A stretch of 64,000 bases of DNA from Vicugna vicugna (taxonomy: Eukaryota), in contig MU058451.1 of NCBI GenBank assembly GCA_013265495.1, forward strand, positions 1,464,167 through 1,528,166, given 5' to 3'. Both the position numbers and the translations under genes were made by a program. The notes below the pieces were generated by a model that saw only the letters and a program-made list of their open reading frames with translations, was not told the origin of the DNA and made no database searches. How positions within the stretch are numbered: the stretch's first letter is position 1; each line of letters starts with the position of its first letter. Below are positions 26,646-39,898 of this stretch, one piece after another.

Positions 26646-27499
26646 GTAGTGATAGATAAGAAGAAGGGAAGCTAAAACTTCTATAACGTGTACATTTCTC
26701 TCCATGTGATTCTTAACCAAACGTTTTTCCTTTTCCCCACCACGGTCAGAACCCCCTCACTGTAGACTTTGGAAATGCAATCCTTATGGGGCAGGGGGCT
26801 TGATTACCTTCACAGAGGATCAAGACTCCACTCCTATTCCCATATTTCAAATGATAATTTTTCTGGATTATGTGTGAAATGCGCTTATCTGTGGAGGAAT
26901 CGATCAGTTCTGACTGTTGGCGCAGCTCACATCTGCAGGAGGAAACGCGTTCATGAGTAAGACACGGCGAGGTCCGTAAGCTGTGAAATCCTTTTAGCCC
27001 AAGTGAGTGCTCTGGGTCCTTTGTTCATGGAGATTGTGTAAAACAAGGTGCACATGTTGTAACGGTCACTGCAGCCCCACTTAGAGAAGGAGGGTTTGAG
27101 TTGTGTCTAGAAAAATCATTCTTGCAGATGTGAGAAAAGAGAGAGCAAGGGTAGAACCGAGTGCAGCCACTTCACAAAGAAGAATGTAAACTGTTCTCTT
27201 GAAATAGTGGAGCGCATCTCCCCTTCTTTAAATTGGCCTCAAATAGCAGTTGTACACAGTTTGCTTCCAGTCTCAGTGTTCTCAGCGAAAAAGAGATGAC
27301 AGTAGGGTTTACTCCAGGGCATTCACGCAGGATCTGCTACCTGTTATGAGCAGAAAACTTCGCAGATTCTTTGCCCTGAGGTATGGACGGGGGAAGATAG
27401 TGTTGACAGTACTCTTAGCGGTTAATTTTTAGAAGATGCAAGCTTTGTTTTGAATGTTTAAATCATCTTAAAAAGAGAGAAACAGTGGGCTGTTGGCTA

Positions 27500-27900
27500 G
27501 CCAAAGGGGATGGCATCTAGGTTGACCTTGAAGGATGACAAACAGTCAGCAGACAAAGATTACAAGGGGCAGGTATTCTAAACACAGGGCATAACATGTG
27601 CAAATGCAGAGCAAGGAGAGACCAGGGTGTCCCACTCAGAAAAGTCGTCCTGAAATTCTGAAATGCTGAAAGTAGTTCCGTAGGACTAGAGGATGGGGTA
27701 AGGGGGTGGGAGATGAACCTGGAGAGGGAGGCAGAAGCCAGATAGTGAAGGACCTTATATTAGTCCCTAAGGACTGTGCAGCTTATTTTGTAGTGAAGTA
27801 GGGGCCCGTGGAAGATTTTAAGCTAGGAAGTCACATTGTTAGCTTTTTTTTAAGAAAAAGATAACTTTAGAAGTGGACTGAGGCATTCATCTAATTGAAA
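27500..27900 (-). mobile_element. L2 fragment (continues at ~28690-28950)
   Basis: gttgaccttgaaggatga, ggcagaagccagatagtgaaggacctt, gaagattttaagc. Confidence 0.65.
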
Positions 27901-27914
27901 CAAGACTTGAGAAG

Positions 27915-28590
27915 ACCCAGGAATGAGTCCCACTTCCAGGTAGATGTAGCTGAGAAAATTCCTCACGTGTGGGTGAGAGACACAGGAAAAGAGATCATTA
28001 CAGCCTTCTTTGCAGTAACAAAGAATCCAAAACAACCTAAATGCTCATTTTTAAGGGATTGAATGTATCAAATGACATAGAGTCACAGGAATAAATGTAT
28101 TAACATAATTAAATGGTATGAATGTGATTTTACGTAGCAGTGTAGACTGACCTTAAAATCATAGTGTTGACCGTTTCTCCCAAAAACAAGACAAGGAAAA
28201 AACTGAGCGTGGTATCGTTTATGTAAATATAGGAAATACCTGCAGAGACAAATAACAGATGACATACGTGTTTAAGTAACAATTTTAAAAGGCACTGGAT
28301 GGCTGCACACCTATCTCATAATGCTTGAGAAAGGGTCAGGGAAGGAAACAGGCCTGAATAAGGGTAGTGAATAAAAGAAGCTTTAGCTTTATCTGAAATT
28401 CCCTTTTTGTTTTAAAAGGGTGCTATAGGATTACTATTACTTATATACTTTTCCCAAGGGTGTAATTGGGGGGAAAATGTGTCTGATAGCAAATACCAAA
28501 CATGTTAAAAGGTGTTAGTTCTGAGTTGTGGGCCAGTGTTAATTAGATTATACTTCATATTGTTCTATCCTTGAAAAAATAATTCTTTCC
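27915..28590 (+). mobile_element. Old L1ME-like 3' fragment
   Basis: tcccacttccaggta, aaaacaacctaaatgctcatt and other sense L1 3'-end phrases. Confidence 0.65.
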
Positions 28591-28604
28591 TTTTAAGTGA
28601 AAAA

Positions 28605-28638
28605 GTGTGTGTGTGTGTGTGTGTGTATGTGTGTGTGT
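28605..28638. repeat. (TG)n microsatellite
   Basis: Directly visible. Confidence 0.95.
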
Positions 28639-30211
28639 CTTTGTAAGCGGGGTCCTGAGAAGTGTGGTACCAACAAAGTCTGATGACTATAAAATCAAGG
28701 GATGTGAAAGTTCAAGAATTGTCAACAAGGTCAAGATGAGAACTGCAAAGAGTTGAATTAATTTGTGATTTAGCAGGCTATTGGTGACCTTGACATGGAT
28801 TCAGCGCAGTGATGGGAAGTCCTAGGGCTGTTGATGGAGAGAATGAGTGGTAGATGAAGACAGCGAATTCCAGCTGTTTTCAGAAGTTTGACCACAAAAG
28901 GGAAGAAACACATGGACTAGTACACATGGACATGAGTTTAAGGGAGGTGGTGATTGTTTTTTGTGAGAAGAAAAACTTGCTATTGTTAATCTGAAACAGG
29001 AAAATATAATAGGAGGGGAGAGGTTAACGATACATCTGAGACAGGAGAAGACTGATGGGCTGGGGTTAATGATTTAGTGAATGACTGAAAACTTTGCCGA
29101 GCTTCAAGGTGTTTGGAGTATCATTTTTGTCGCTAAGATCATCTAGTTTCTATATTCTTGGAAAGCGTCCATATGAAGAAAGCTCATGACAGTGTTACAG
29201 TTGAGTATCAGCCCTGCTAGGAAGTGACTGTGCTTCCCACTCCGCCAGACTGCCTGACAGTGGTTTCAGTTTCCAATTAAAGCACTAATTTTTGGTGTTC
29301 TTGAAACCAACCAGGGGCAGAGAGGGGGAACTTGTGAGAGCAGCAAAATTCTCAGGGGATGTTTAACACTAGCCTAGAATTTATTAAAGAATTGGACCCA
29401 AAAACTTGGGTGCAAAGAGGAAAAGTAAATTCATCAAATTTTCAGCTAGGAAGTTACGTTGTGAGGTTGTAACCCACAACTGTTTATTTATGTATGAAGA
29501 ACTCAACCTTCGATACGTTAATTAATTTCAGCCAAGACCCTTCCAGACAAATGGCACTGTTGGTTTAGAGTAGCAGAAATTGAATCAAATGATTTTTTTA
29601 TTTGAAAGCTTCCATACTGTACTATTACAGAGAAAGTCTGGGTAGATCACATATTTGATTTTTTTCCCGATTATTTTGACATTTTTGATACAAAATTATT
29701 TTATCATTTTTTCATAATTAATTAAAGTCAAAATGTTTGTTAATGAAAGGCTAATTAGTTGAGATGGTGGTGTATCTTGAATTTCTAATAAATCACTTCT
29801 TGGGAGGGAAGGAACACAGGTCGCAAAGCCAAGTACTGTTGTGCACAGAAGCACCATCTAGTGACCAGAGTGAGTAACTGCGTGCACATAATCCGTAAGA
29901 ATAAAAAGCAGAACCCATTGAAGCACCAGATACAGGGACTGGCTCCCACGTGCTCACTCTTCTAGCAGCCTCAGTGTTATTATCAAATGAAAATGAAGAA
30001 TATTTGTCAGTAGTTAGTTTCAAGCAATACCTTCATCTCCTTTCAGTAAATTCTTAGGTTTTTATGTACTTTCCCCTTTTCAGTATTGGCTGTGTTACGA
30101 ATTGACCTGATAATCATATTAAGTTGTAAATGACTGATATTTGCCCTAAACTCCCCCGCTCCCGAATGGATTCAAATTTTGAAAGACCACATTCTGCTAA
30201 CAATAGCGGAA

Positions 30212-30330
30212 TCTTGGATGTTACCTACTGTGGTGATCATGTCACAGTATATACGTACATCAAATCATTATGCTGTACACTTGAAATTAATAGAATGTTA
30301 TATGTCAATTACATCTCAGTTTTTAAAAAG
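30212..30330 (+). mobile_element. L1 3' terminal fragment (L1MA/MB-like)
   Basis: tactgtggtgatcat...atcaaatcattatgctgtacacttgaaattaata...gttatatgtcaattacatctca. Confidence 0.8.
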
Positions 30331-31204
30331 AGGGATTTTTATGGGTTTTTAAGTCTGTAACTATTTTTGATAAAGATAAACTCCTCAACCATTTAAAATA
30401 ACTGGCCAACTGTTACTAGCATAAAATTTCCCCTGATTGCCTGGGACGGCCATTAGAAAACCACTTGGAAGCATCATCCAGGCATCAAAATTGGTGGCCT
30501 TTGGTACTTTTCTGTTGCTTAGGAGAGCAACACATGTAAAGCAAAATGCTAGAAAATTAGGTTGATATCTATTGGCATTATGTGTTACAGTGTGTTTTTT
30601 CTTATTCAACATCAGGATTTTTTGTTGTTGCTTTATAGCCAAAATACAGCTTACTAAAAGCTAAATCCTGACTGATGCCTGAAGAAGACACAGATTTCCT
30701 GAGAGTACATCCAGGAAGGTGGATGACAGTGTCTCTTTCAAACCCAAATTTTCATTCCCTATCTGCTCTACAACCTGCCTATTCAGCATGTTCCCACATG
30801 CTTCTAGGACTCAGGAAGTGTCATTTTTATTATTTTTATTTTTATTTTACCATACTAATTAAGAAAATAGTATCCACAAACTAAATGTCCAACAACAATG
30901 GAATGATTAAATAAAATACAGCCTACCTCTATGCTGTACTATATGGATAGTGAAAACAAAGTGTCTAAGAATATTTATCAATATAGAAAAACACTTCTGA
31001 TATACTTTGATGACATTTTTACCTTCATAACTGTAGTTTTAGTTTTGGCTCAAGTTTGAAAAAATTTTTTTTAATATCCCTGGAAAAAATACTGGAATGA
31101 TGACATCATTATCAATCGTAGTTACCTGTGGCTGCTGGAATAGGGGATACATTTTAATGTCCTGTTTACCCTCACAGGTCTTTTTCAAAATCTCAGCTGC
31201 TATT

Positions 31205-31578
31205 TTTGCCAGATTGTATGAATGTCCTTAATTATTCACCTGTCTCTATGTTCTTCTACTTCGCCAGGTGATTTTGTAGCTCTCCTAATAAAAAGGAGTA
31301 TTTTCGCCACCTCACCTTATATTTGGGTTCACCCTGAGACTTGCTTTGGTCAAGGGGATGTTAGCAATCATGCCATGAGCAAAGGCCTGAACAGTGGTTC
31401 TGTTTGCCCTCTTGCACCTCTGCCATCTTCTTGGGAAGACTGGCCTTTATCCCAGGAGGAGGATGAAATGCGCGTGGAGCCCCTCTGACCCCGCCTCCCC
31501 GCACGTCTTTATCTGCCGCTGCGACGTTCGTGGTGGATTGTTACACAGCATTATTGTCACGATAGCTGTCAAACTCAC
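31205..31578 (+). mobile_element. MaLR LTR (old MLT1H/I-like)
   Basis: gacttgctttggtcaa and terminal ttgttacacagcattattgtcacgatagctg. Confidence 0.65.
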
Positions 31579-34500
31579 TGTTACTACAAGGAAAAAGCTG
31601 AATGTGTGATTCAGACAAGTAGAGTCCAGTGTAACTGTGGGGTAGGAAAGAGAGACCCAAGGATGGAACAGATGTCTCCTCACTGCAGAACGCCTGGAGT
31701 AGTGCTCATTCTCAGGGCACTCTTCCCGCTCTTTTACATCCATGAGATCTCAAACTTTCAAATCTGTAGCCCAGATGTATAGAAACCGCAAGGACTCTGG
31801 GTCAACTCGACTCATTTATGAACTTTTACTGGGATTTTTTTTCCTTTGCTTTTCCTTCTAGTCATTAATGAGGAAATTGATCAATAATATATATTCCTTG
31901 TCAAAGAAGTCACTGTATTATTTTTCAATTTTCTTGCTCCAGTCCACACCCCCTTCTTTCATTCTCTCTGTTCATCCGTTCTTCCCTCCCTCAGTAGCCT
32001 TCTTCATTACAACAGTGAAACAACACAGGGCAGCAATTCTAGAGGGTTCTTTTTAAGGACGATGCCTCTGGAACAACTCAGTTTAGTGCAGCACTGCTTC
32101 ACTATGTTTTTTCCTCGAAGGTGCTGCTCTTGCGTGCCATCCATCCTCTGGTTTATGGAGTCCCCAGTGCCTCAGCAGAGGATGTGTGACTGCCTCAGTC
32201 AGCCAGGTGAGGGCAGCCAATCCAGTCACCGGCCACTTGCCTCATGCCAAAGTGGGTGGTGTTTTGGTCAAGGTGGAGGACTCAGAACTAAGCCCATTTA
32301 CCCCTGTGGGTTCTGAGGACTGCTGCTCTCTGAGAGCTGGGGTGTTAGCACTGGCCCTGGGCCGTCAGCAGTGCTGAGGAACCAGCTGTGTACCTCCATG
32401 CCCTGAGCTAGTCGGTAGTTAGACACCTGATTCACAGATGGAATGAGGGGCTGCTCAGGGCTACACAGAGAAGCTGAGACAAAGAACAGAAAAAGAGAGC
32501 ATTCTCATCAGGGGTCTTCAAGCAGATGGACACAATCCGGGCTCCTCTTACCTCCTCCCCACTTGGCCTCAAAGGAGCAGGTGTGGAGGAGAGGGAGGAC
32601 TCCCATCCCAACTCTGCTCCCGGAGCCTCCCGCCTGTGCTAGTCTGGGAACAAGAAAAGCTTGAAATGAGTATGAGGTTCGAGTTTAAAAAACAAAACAA
32701 AACAGGAGTACACTTTAAGAATTAAAAGAAAACTTAAAATTGAAGTGATTCAAAAAGAGGGACTCAGGCTAGTATTACCAAGGAAAACTGGAGAGTTTGG
32801 CAGAGCACAGTTGAGAGCAGATACTAGAAAACTGAAGCCATTTACCGTGTAAACTCACAGCCTGCTAAGACTGCTTACGAAACCAGCTTCCTCAGCTCAT
32901 AGACACGAGCTTTGGGGTGGGGAGGGAGGAGAGAAGGACGGGTAGGACTCTTTCTTTGCCTTCACTCCCCTCCCACACCATCTCGTCCCCACCCCTTTCT
33001 CCATACCCCAGAGGGGACTGTGCTGGTTCTGTGGACTGGTTACTTTCAGACAAGAGACAACCTCCAGTCAGTCATCCTTCAGTCTTATAGGCAGAGGGGC
33101 CAGGTGGCTGGGTCAATTTAGGGAGAGACAGTGGAGGCTGCACACACACTGTGTTCCTCATAAGGTCTCGCTGTCTGAGTCCTCCTCTTGTGTGTGTGTG
33201 TCTGTGTGTGTCTGTGTGTGATGGGGGGAGAGGAGCATGTTTGTCCAAATTCTCCTAAAATCTTTAAACCTAGAGTAGGAGGCACTAAGTTCCCTGGGTT
33301 CTCATCAGTGGGTTGTAGTCCTTAATTCCTGGAAGCAAGAAGCACTTCCTTCACACCTCACAGCAGCCTGTTGGAAGTACGTGCCTCGTAGGAATGTAGC
33401 TCGCCCACACTGCCTCTCATCTGCCCAACCAGCCACCTGGCTTGAGGTACTGGCCTGCACTTAGCTTTTATTCCTATTGCTAGAGCCAGTAATGAAAGTG
33501 GGAGTTGATAAAATACTCCTGGAGCGTCTGCTCTGCTCCAGGTGTGTTACCTGCTTTTTCTCATTGAGATCTTATTGCAGTACAAAGCTTTCTTAATCCA
33601 TGTGACAGATGAGGAATCTCTGGCTTGGACCACCTCTTTCCCATCCAAGGTCAGAGTTCTGACATTTCCTTTATAACTTTGTGCCCCTCTGAGGCAAGTT
33701 AGGGGCCGTCACAGCCACACCCCATCCGGGAATCCAAGGGCCACCCCTGTTTTTACCTGCTGCACCAGCCAGAGAAGGGACAGGTGGGAAGTGACTTTAC
33801 AAAACCAGTTACAATGGTTCACAGGTTCACAGCAATGATGTACAGATGTTCTGCTGACAGCAGCATGCAGACTGTTTCTTCAAAGTAAGATAAGATTGGT
33901 TCCCTACTGGGTGGGCAAGAGGAGTCCCATTTTGATGGCTTTTTGCTCCCTGCTTCTGTTAACCTAGGACCTCTGGGATGGGCCCCTCCTTTTAGCTTTC
34001 ACTCTGCATGGCCTCAGTCACCTTCTTGGTTGGTCCCCTCTTGTGGTGACACTTATGGAGGCCTTGGAACTGTGAGACCGGAGAGTAGGCAAGAGCCATG
34101 TTTGTAGGTCAAATATTGGATGTGTGTATGCTTTAACCAACACCTTACACTCACTAGACCAAGGAGAGGGTCCTGGGGGTTTTATGTTGTGTGAAGTCAA
34201 CCACTGTACATTCTATCAGAACTGCGTTAGAAGATTTAATATTCCAGCATACCTAATGAAAATATTTTCATCACTCCAAGTTTCCTTTTATAATATGAGC
34301 AAGTAGTTGTGGCCGACGTTTGTTTAGCACACGGGGATTGTTTTGGCTAAAGTCTAGCACAGCACGTCTGTTTGGCAGAGTTACCTATAAACTGTCATGA
34401 ATCATGTTCAGTTTGACTGCACGTCACACTGAAACACTGGTAAGAGAAATAATATTAAGCAAACCTGGAGAAACTAAGTCAGAAAAGTATTCATGGACTT

Positions 34501-36889
34501 GTTCACTTGAAAAAAAAAGTATAACCACTGTTTAAAAAGAGCTACTTGTATTTACTTCAGGAGTTCTCAAGCCAGAGAAATTAATGTTCTGAGTGAGAGA
34601 GAATTGAGTTTAGCCTTTCAGGGAGAAAAAGCTCTCTGGGGCAGCGAATTCTCCTGAAATGTTGCTTGGCCTCCGATTTCACGTCAGCTCCTCTCCCATC
34701 CTGATTCGCAGCATTTAGAAAGGCCCCTTTCCTTGTTGTTCAAGCCACACGTCCTGAAGTCCTGCAGCTGTTCACCCCAGATTGCCAGCAAGATAACAGC
34801 TATAAAACTCAAACCGTAAGATGCAAATGTTTGTACATTTCTCCACTCTGGCCGAGCAAAAATATTCCACATCCTTCCCTGCTTCCTAAGAGCCACTCTG
34901 TGGGGCTTTATGATTGTTCACAGGGAGGGGAGAGGATCCCGTAGACCACTCGAGCTCCCCGACCCCGTGTCTCGGTTTCTCTCGGGCCCACTGTTTGCCC
35001 GGGGAGTGACTCGGTTTAGAAATGCCGTGTTTGTTTCAAAGGCCAGCAGTCACAGAAAGGGCCATCTTTGAAGCGAGAGGGTGCAGACAGACCACCCTTT
35101 TGCTCCTGCCAGTGAACAAAAGCACACCCTTTCTAGTTCTGATGGTTTGGACTAATACAGTGTGAAAAACTAAATATAGAATACTTTTGTTAAAAATCAG
35201 ATTAGACTAATTCTATATGAAGTGCTTTAATGAAAAATGTTTAATGGTTGAAATACTATAACTCTGGAGTTAAAATGCAGGTGCAAGAATGATATTCTAC
35301 ACTCCCTGGAGGCCAAACTAGTACATACTGTGAAATATCAATTAAAGTTTATAGTTGCCTGGGTTGGCTAAATGTCTTTTTCATGGGAAATTTTCATTCT
35401 CTTATGAAATAATCATTTGGGGTTAAAATATGTGCTGAATTATGTGGGCATTCCAAGTTATTAAGAAATGGATTTATTTTACAAGCAAGCTGTAAGCATT
35501 CTTTGCTGTTTTTATGAGGTCATCGACATGACTTTTAAATGGGGCTCCAGGCCAACTCTGATTCTCACATCAGTTCATTAATTCACACAGCTGTCTCTGA
35601 AAACTACAAGAATAATATATACTGCAGACAGAGAGCCAGAGAGGGGGTGGAGTGAGATTTCAAGGCTGTATTTCAGTCGGGAGAGCCTGCTGACATCATA
35701 AACTATGAGAAGACAGCTTAAGCTGTTTGGGGAACAGCAGTAGCCCCCCTGATGGAAATATGGCTGGTCTAATTGATTCTTTTTCATTTCAGAATCTACA
35801 GAGGGGGACACCCAGTCGTTTTTATTCTGAGCAAAGTCAGAACATGAAAGGCAGACACTGCAGGAATGCATTAGCAGGGAAACCCAAGCAGCGACCTGAG
35901 GTGTGGGGATGGATTTGATTGTGTTAATGGCGTCCGAGCAGCCCCGCTGACATATGAAGGGCATTGGTGGAATTTACTGCACAATGATTTTGTTTTATAG
36001 GCGATCATGAACTCACTGTCTCTAGGAAGAGTTTTTCCAAATGAGATGTGACAAGGATGATGTGATTGTCCTGTGAGTGAGGGGCTGGGAGGACCAGATC
36101 CTCTGGAGAAGATCCCTCACCCTCTCTCTACTTCCTAATTTGTAGCAAACATTGAATGTGAACTATCCCACAATGAGACTTCTGGCAGCTTCTCCCACTT
36201 GGTTAGAAAGAGGTATTGCTCATAGCTGCACTAAAGACTCAGCCTGCTCTGAGCCCACATTCAGAAGGATTTGGTACCAAACTGAACTGGGGGGCAACTT
36301 CTGCAAAACTAATGTTTACGAGAATGTCCGGGTTTTTCAAAGCCTTCTTCAGCATTCATATGATAGTTTTAACAAGGCGAGCTGCAGTTTTCTAGCCTTT
36401 AAATTCCAAATTCGTTTTGGTTGCCATGGGAAGGTGAGCTAAGTCTCTTTGAGAGTAATTTCAGTTTTACAAATAAATCCAGCCAAGTTTTTATGTCTTT
36501 GGGTGGGGGAAAGTTTTATGAAATGTGACATTTTAAGTGTGCTCTTCAGTGACTCTCCATTAAAACATTGACACCTGTGTACATGTGGATGCTGGAGATT
36601 TCCTTGCCCTTATCTCATCTGTATACACAAATGTCTTTTTGTACATGTGAATTGAAGCATCGCATGAAAAACAGATGTGTCCTTAAAGAGTATGAGACTG
36701 TTAATGCGTAAGAAAGAGTGAAAAAATTCAAAATTACTGAAGAGATCAGGGTTGAATCTCCTCTAGGTTTCCCCTGCATACATGCTTTTTCATTCTCCTT
36801 GTCTGCTTAATTACCCTGTGGATAAATGCTGTGGATTTTTCTCTTGGGATCTTGAAAATGTATGAAAGCCACACATGTTGATCAGATGC

Positions 36890-37247
36890 TACCTTAGTCC
36901 TTTCGGGTTGCTGCAACAAACACTTTAGAATGGGTGGCTTATAAACAACAGACATTTGTTTCTCACGGTTCTGGAAGCTGCAAGTCCAAGATCATGGCGC
37001 CAGCAGATTCTGTGTCTGATCTGAGCTCACTTCCTTACAGAAGACCTTCTTGCTGTAACCTTACAAAGTGGAAGAGGTGAGAGGGATCTTTCTGGGGTTT
37101 CTTTTATAAGGACACTAATCCCACTCATGAAGGCCCCCCCTTATGACTTAATCACCTCGCAGTGGCCCCATCTCCTAATACCATCACACTGGGGGTTAGG
37201 ATTTCAACATATGAACCTGAGGGGGACACAGATATTCAAACCATAGC
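36890..37247 (-). mobile_element. MaLR LTR (MLT1A-like)
   Basis: gggtggcttataaacaacagacattt...caagtccaagatca...tcttttataaggacactaatccca...gttaggatttcaacatatgaa...attcaaaccatagc. Confidence 0.9.
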
Positions 37248-37879
37248 TGGAACCCCAACAAACAAACAGCAATCCCCAAGCGCGACCCAAGAGACTTTTC
37301 AGTTGGCAGCTGCAGCTCTGCACCCGCTGCCCCGGGCCTTGTCACACGTCCACAGCGTCCTCCACTACTCTGTGAGGGATGACAAGGCAGTGGATCACTT
37401 GGGAGCACTTCCTCACCAAGAAGAAGTTGAGGACTTCCCATGAACAGCCCTTGAAACCTTGAGAAGGCAGTTCCACCCTTTGATGGGCTTGAGAAATCCA
37501 AGTTTAGTTAAATGTGTTGTAATTTGCCTTAAAATGAATTTTTGTGTTACATTTCTGTACACAGAGGAAGTATGAGAACAGCCTAGTAATGAGTTTTCAT
37601 TTGTTAAAAGAGAATGGTTCTTAATTTTGCGTTCTAGAGGTAGTAAGTGGTTGAAATAAATGACATCTGTCATGGGTGGGGAGACCGCAATAAGGCAAAA
37701 ATGGACAGTTAATTAAGAAGGATTAAACTTACAAGTTAGATAAGAAAACAAGAATTAAGAGAAAACTTAGTGCAATTGAATGTGCAGCAACCAATAATCA
37801 GACAGTTTGTTGAAATCAGAAAGCAGTCTTGCTTGTTGTTTGAGGGTTAGGACCTATGGAGTTAATGGTTGGCAGGAGT

Positions 37880-37992
37880 TATAGACTGATGTTTGTGTCC
37901 CCACAAAATTCATAACTGAAGCCCTGACCTCCACTGTGATGGCATTTGGAAGTGGGGCTTTTGGAAGGTAATTATGTTTAGATGAAGTCAGG
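37880..37992 (+). mobile_element. MaLR LTR 5' fragment (MLT1A/B-like)
   Basis: atgtttgtgtccccacaaaattcata...tgtgatggcatttggaagtggggcttttggaaggtaatta. Truncated next to the ERV LTR. Confidence 0.8.
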
Positions 37993-37997
37993 TATTC

Positions 37998-38262
37998 TGT
38001 TAAAATAAAACGAAAAAAAACCCCAACAAAATTCAGCAGAGTAAAATTTGAAGATCTAATTGGCTTTGTTCAACAATTCATGAATCGGCCAGCATCCCAT
38101 CTAGCAAATGGAAGGGTGCCTCAAGGTACTGTGTAACACGGAAAGGTTTTATAGGAAAAAGGGTGTTGCAAGAGAGCAATTAGCAAGACGAAAGAAAGGA
38201 TTAGTTTTAGGCCAGGACATCTTCTTCTGAGGAGGGAGGAATAGGCAAAGGTTTCATCACAC
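37998..38262 (-). repeat. ERV 3' LTR, U3 end deleted
   Basis: Aligns by eye to 44290-44500 (agatctaa...cagcatcccatc...ttttataggaa...ttttaggcca.gacatctt). Ends ...ttttaaCA on the minus strand. Confidence 0.85.
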
Positions 38263-38264
38263 AG

Positions 38265-38404
38265 GTGTTCATCTAAAAGATAATTAAGGTCTTATTCTCA
38301 AGAACAACCTTGGGCAGAGAATCTGAGGATCTTTGCTGGGCAACTAATGCCTTAGCAATGGAATATGCAATATCTTTAAGAATTAAGGAAAGGTTTCTGA
38401 TCTT
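38265..38404 (-). pseudogene. env: ERV env TM remnant including immunosuppressive domain
   Basis: Translates KIRNLSLILKDIAYSIAKALVAQQRSSDSLPKVVLENK, then a frameshift to LNYLLDEH. Matches the gamma-type heptad repeat plus SLA.VVL.NR.ALDYLLAEQ motif. Confidence 0.8.
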
Positions 38405-38719
38405 ATTCCCATTTGCATCTGTTCCTACTCAGGGAATGCATTTATTCACAGGAATTGCTGTGTTCAATTATAGATTTTCTTCTAGCCTGAAATAGAGTCA
38501 TCCTAAATTCCAAAGGTAACCTCTGTCCCCTCCAACCCTGCCCTTGACAGTGGCCTGAGAGAGACAGATGATTGTGTTATCTTTCCAGGTCAAGGCCAGA
38601 GTAAAGGAAAGAAAAGAAAGGGTTAGTTAAAGTATGAAGTCCTGATCCATCATCTTGGGTGGAAGCAGTCTGCATTGATGTCCCGCTGCTTCTCTTCTTT
38701 GTCAGTTTGATTAGGAAGC

Positions 38720-38865
38720 CTCCAGCGTTTGTACAGGACCAGGTGTGGGTTGGAGCCTTCATGAGCTGTGAGATGTGTACCCAAGACTCAAATCCCTGAT
38801 ATTTGATTGACATCTGGGTAGTAAGTCCCTTGCAAGGAGATTTAAGGGCAGTCTTTGTTCTGAAT
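38720..38865 (-). pseudogene. pol: ERV integrase C-terminal remnant
   Basis: KTALKSPCKG...KYQGFESWVHISQLMKAP (ORF 38577..38813) matches the class I WKGPY...W(V/I)H.S.LK motif. Confidence 0.75.
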
Positions 38866-39339
38866 TATTCCAAACCCATAGGGTAGAATAATTTGAAAAT
38901 GTTAGTTGGAGTCATATTTGAGGAAACTAGAAGAATTCAGGATACAGTCCCATTTAGTGGTCATACAAGACCTCAAAGATAATTAACAAGACTAGAATAT
39001 AATTTCTACAAAAGTGCAAATATAATTTTTCTCTCTACAATTACCCTTTTTTTTAACCAAAGATAATCACAGTAAAACTATTTATTTTGACAATCAGCAT
39101 GAAAATAAGAATACTTAGAGTTTCTGAATTCTGAAAGGATAAGATAGGGAGAAAAAGTAAATGTTTCATCGTTTACGAAGTGTATCTTATCAAACTGTCT
39201 ATAGCTTAAGAGAAAAGATTTCTTTAAATCTGAAAAAATTCTAAGAACCAGCAATAATTTAAACACAAACTCATAAAAATTATAATCATCCTCATTAGTT
39301 CATTTAGTCTCATGTTACTAATTCTTGTTCTGTTTGAAT

Positions 39340-39660
39340 CTAGTTTCCCATTAGTTCTCTCAACTTTGCCTAATAATTGAGGGTGACAGGTACAGGGATA
39401 ATTGCGGGAAGTGTGTAAGGTTTTGTCAAGGCTCGTATGGTTTGCCCAGTGAAGTGGGTGCCCTTTCCCTGGAGATTGTGGAAGGTATATACCCCATATG
39501 AGAAACACGGTCTCTAACAATTTCTTTGCTACTGTCAGGGCATCAGCCTGGCAGCAAGGGAATGCTTCACTCATCTGGAAAACATACATGCAATTATAGG
39601 AGCATATTGATAGTTCACACTAAGTGGCAGTTGAATAAAGTCCAGCCGCAGGTGTTCAAA
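39340..39660 (-). pseudogene. pol: ERV integrase catalytic core remnant
   Basis: FEHLRLDFIQLP...YQY..IIACMFS, frameshift, then EAFPCCQADALTVAKKLLETVF..WGI...HPQLLGKVERTNG (ORF 39224..39589). Confidence 0.9.
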
Positions 39661-39734
39661 GTGTCCAGAGGGAGGAGGTCTGAGGCCTTGCTCTAGGGAC
39701 AAAGCTAGGTTTTCTTAAGTGGAATATGATGAGT

Positions 39735-39898
39735 AAAAGGAGGAGAAAGGGAGGGAGGGAGAGAGGAAAGAAAGAAAAAGAGGGAAGGAGGAAGGAAGGA
39801 AGAAAGGAAGAGAGAGAGAAGGAAAGAGAAAGAAAGGAAGAAGGAAAGAAAGAGAAAGAAAGGGAAAAAGAAAAAGAGAAAGAAAGAAAGACAAAAAT
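39735..39898 (+). repeat. GA-rich polypurine low-complexity tract
   Basis: About 160 bp almost entirely A/G. Explains ORFs 39656..39928, 39705..39968 and 39726..39914. Confidence 0.95.

Noticed and set aside
35793..35900. 108-bp in-frame plus-strand exon candidate
   Set aside because: Weak donor (GTGTGG) and unrecognised peptide. Better treated as part of a candidate enhancer.
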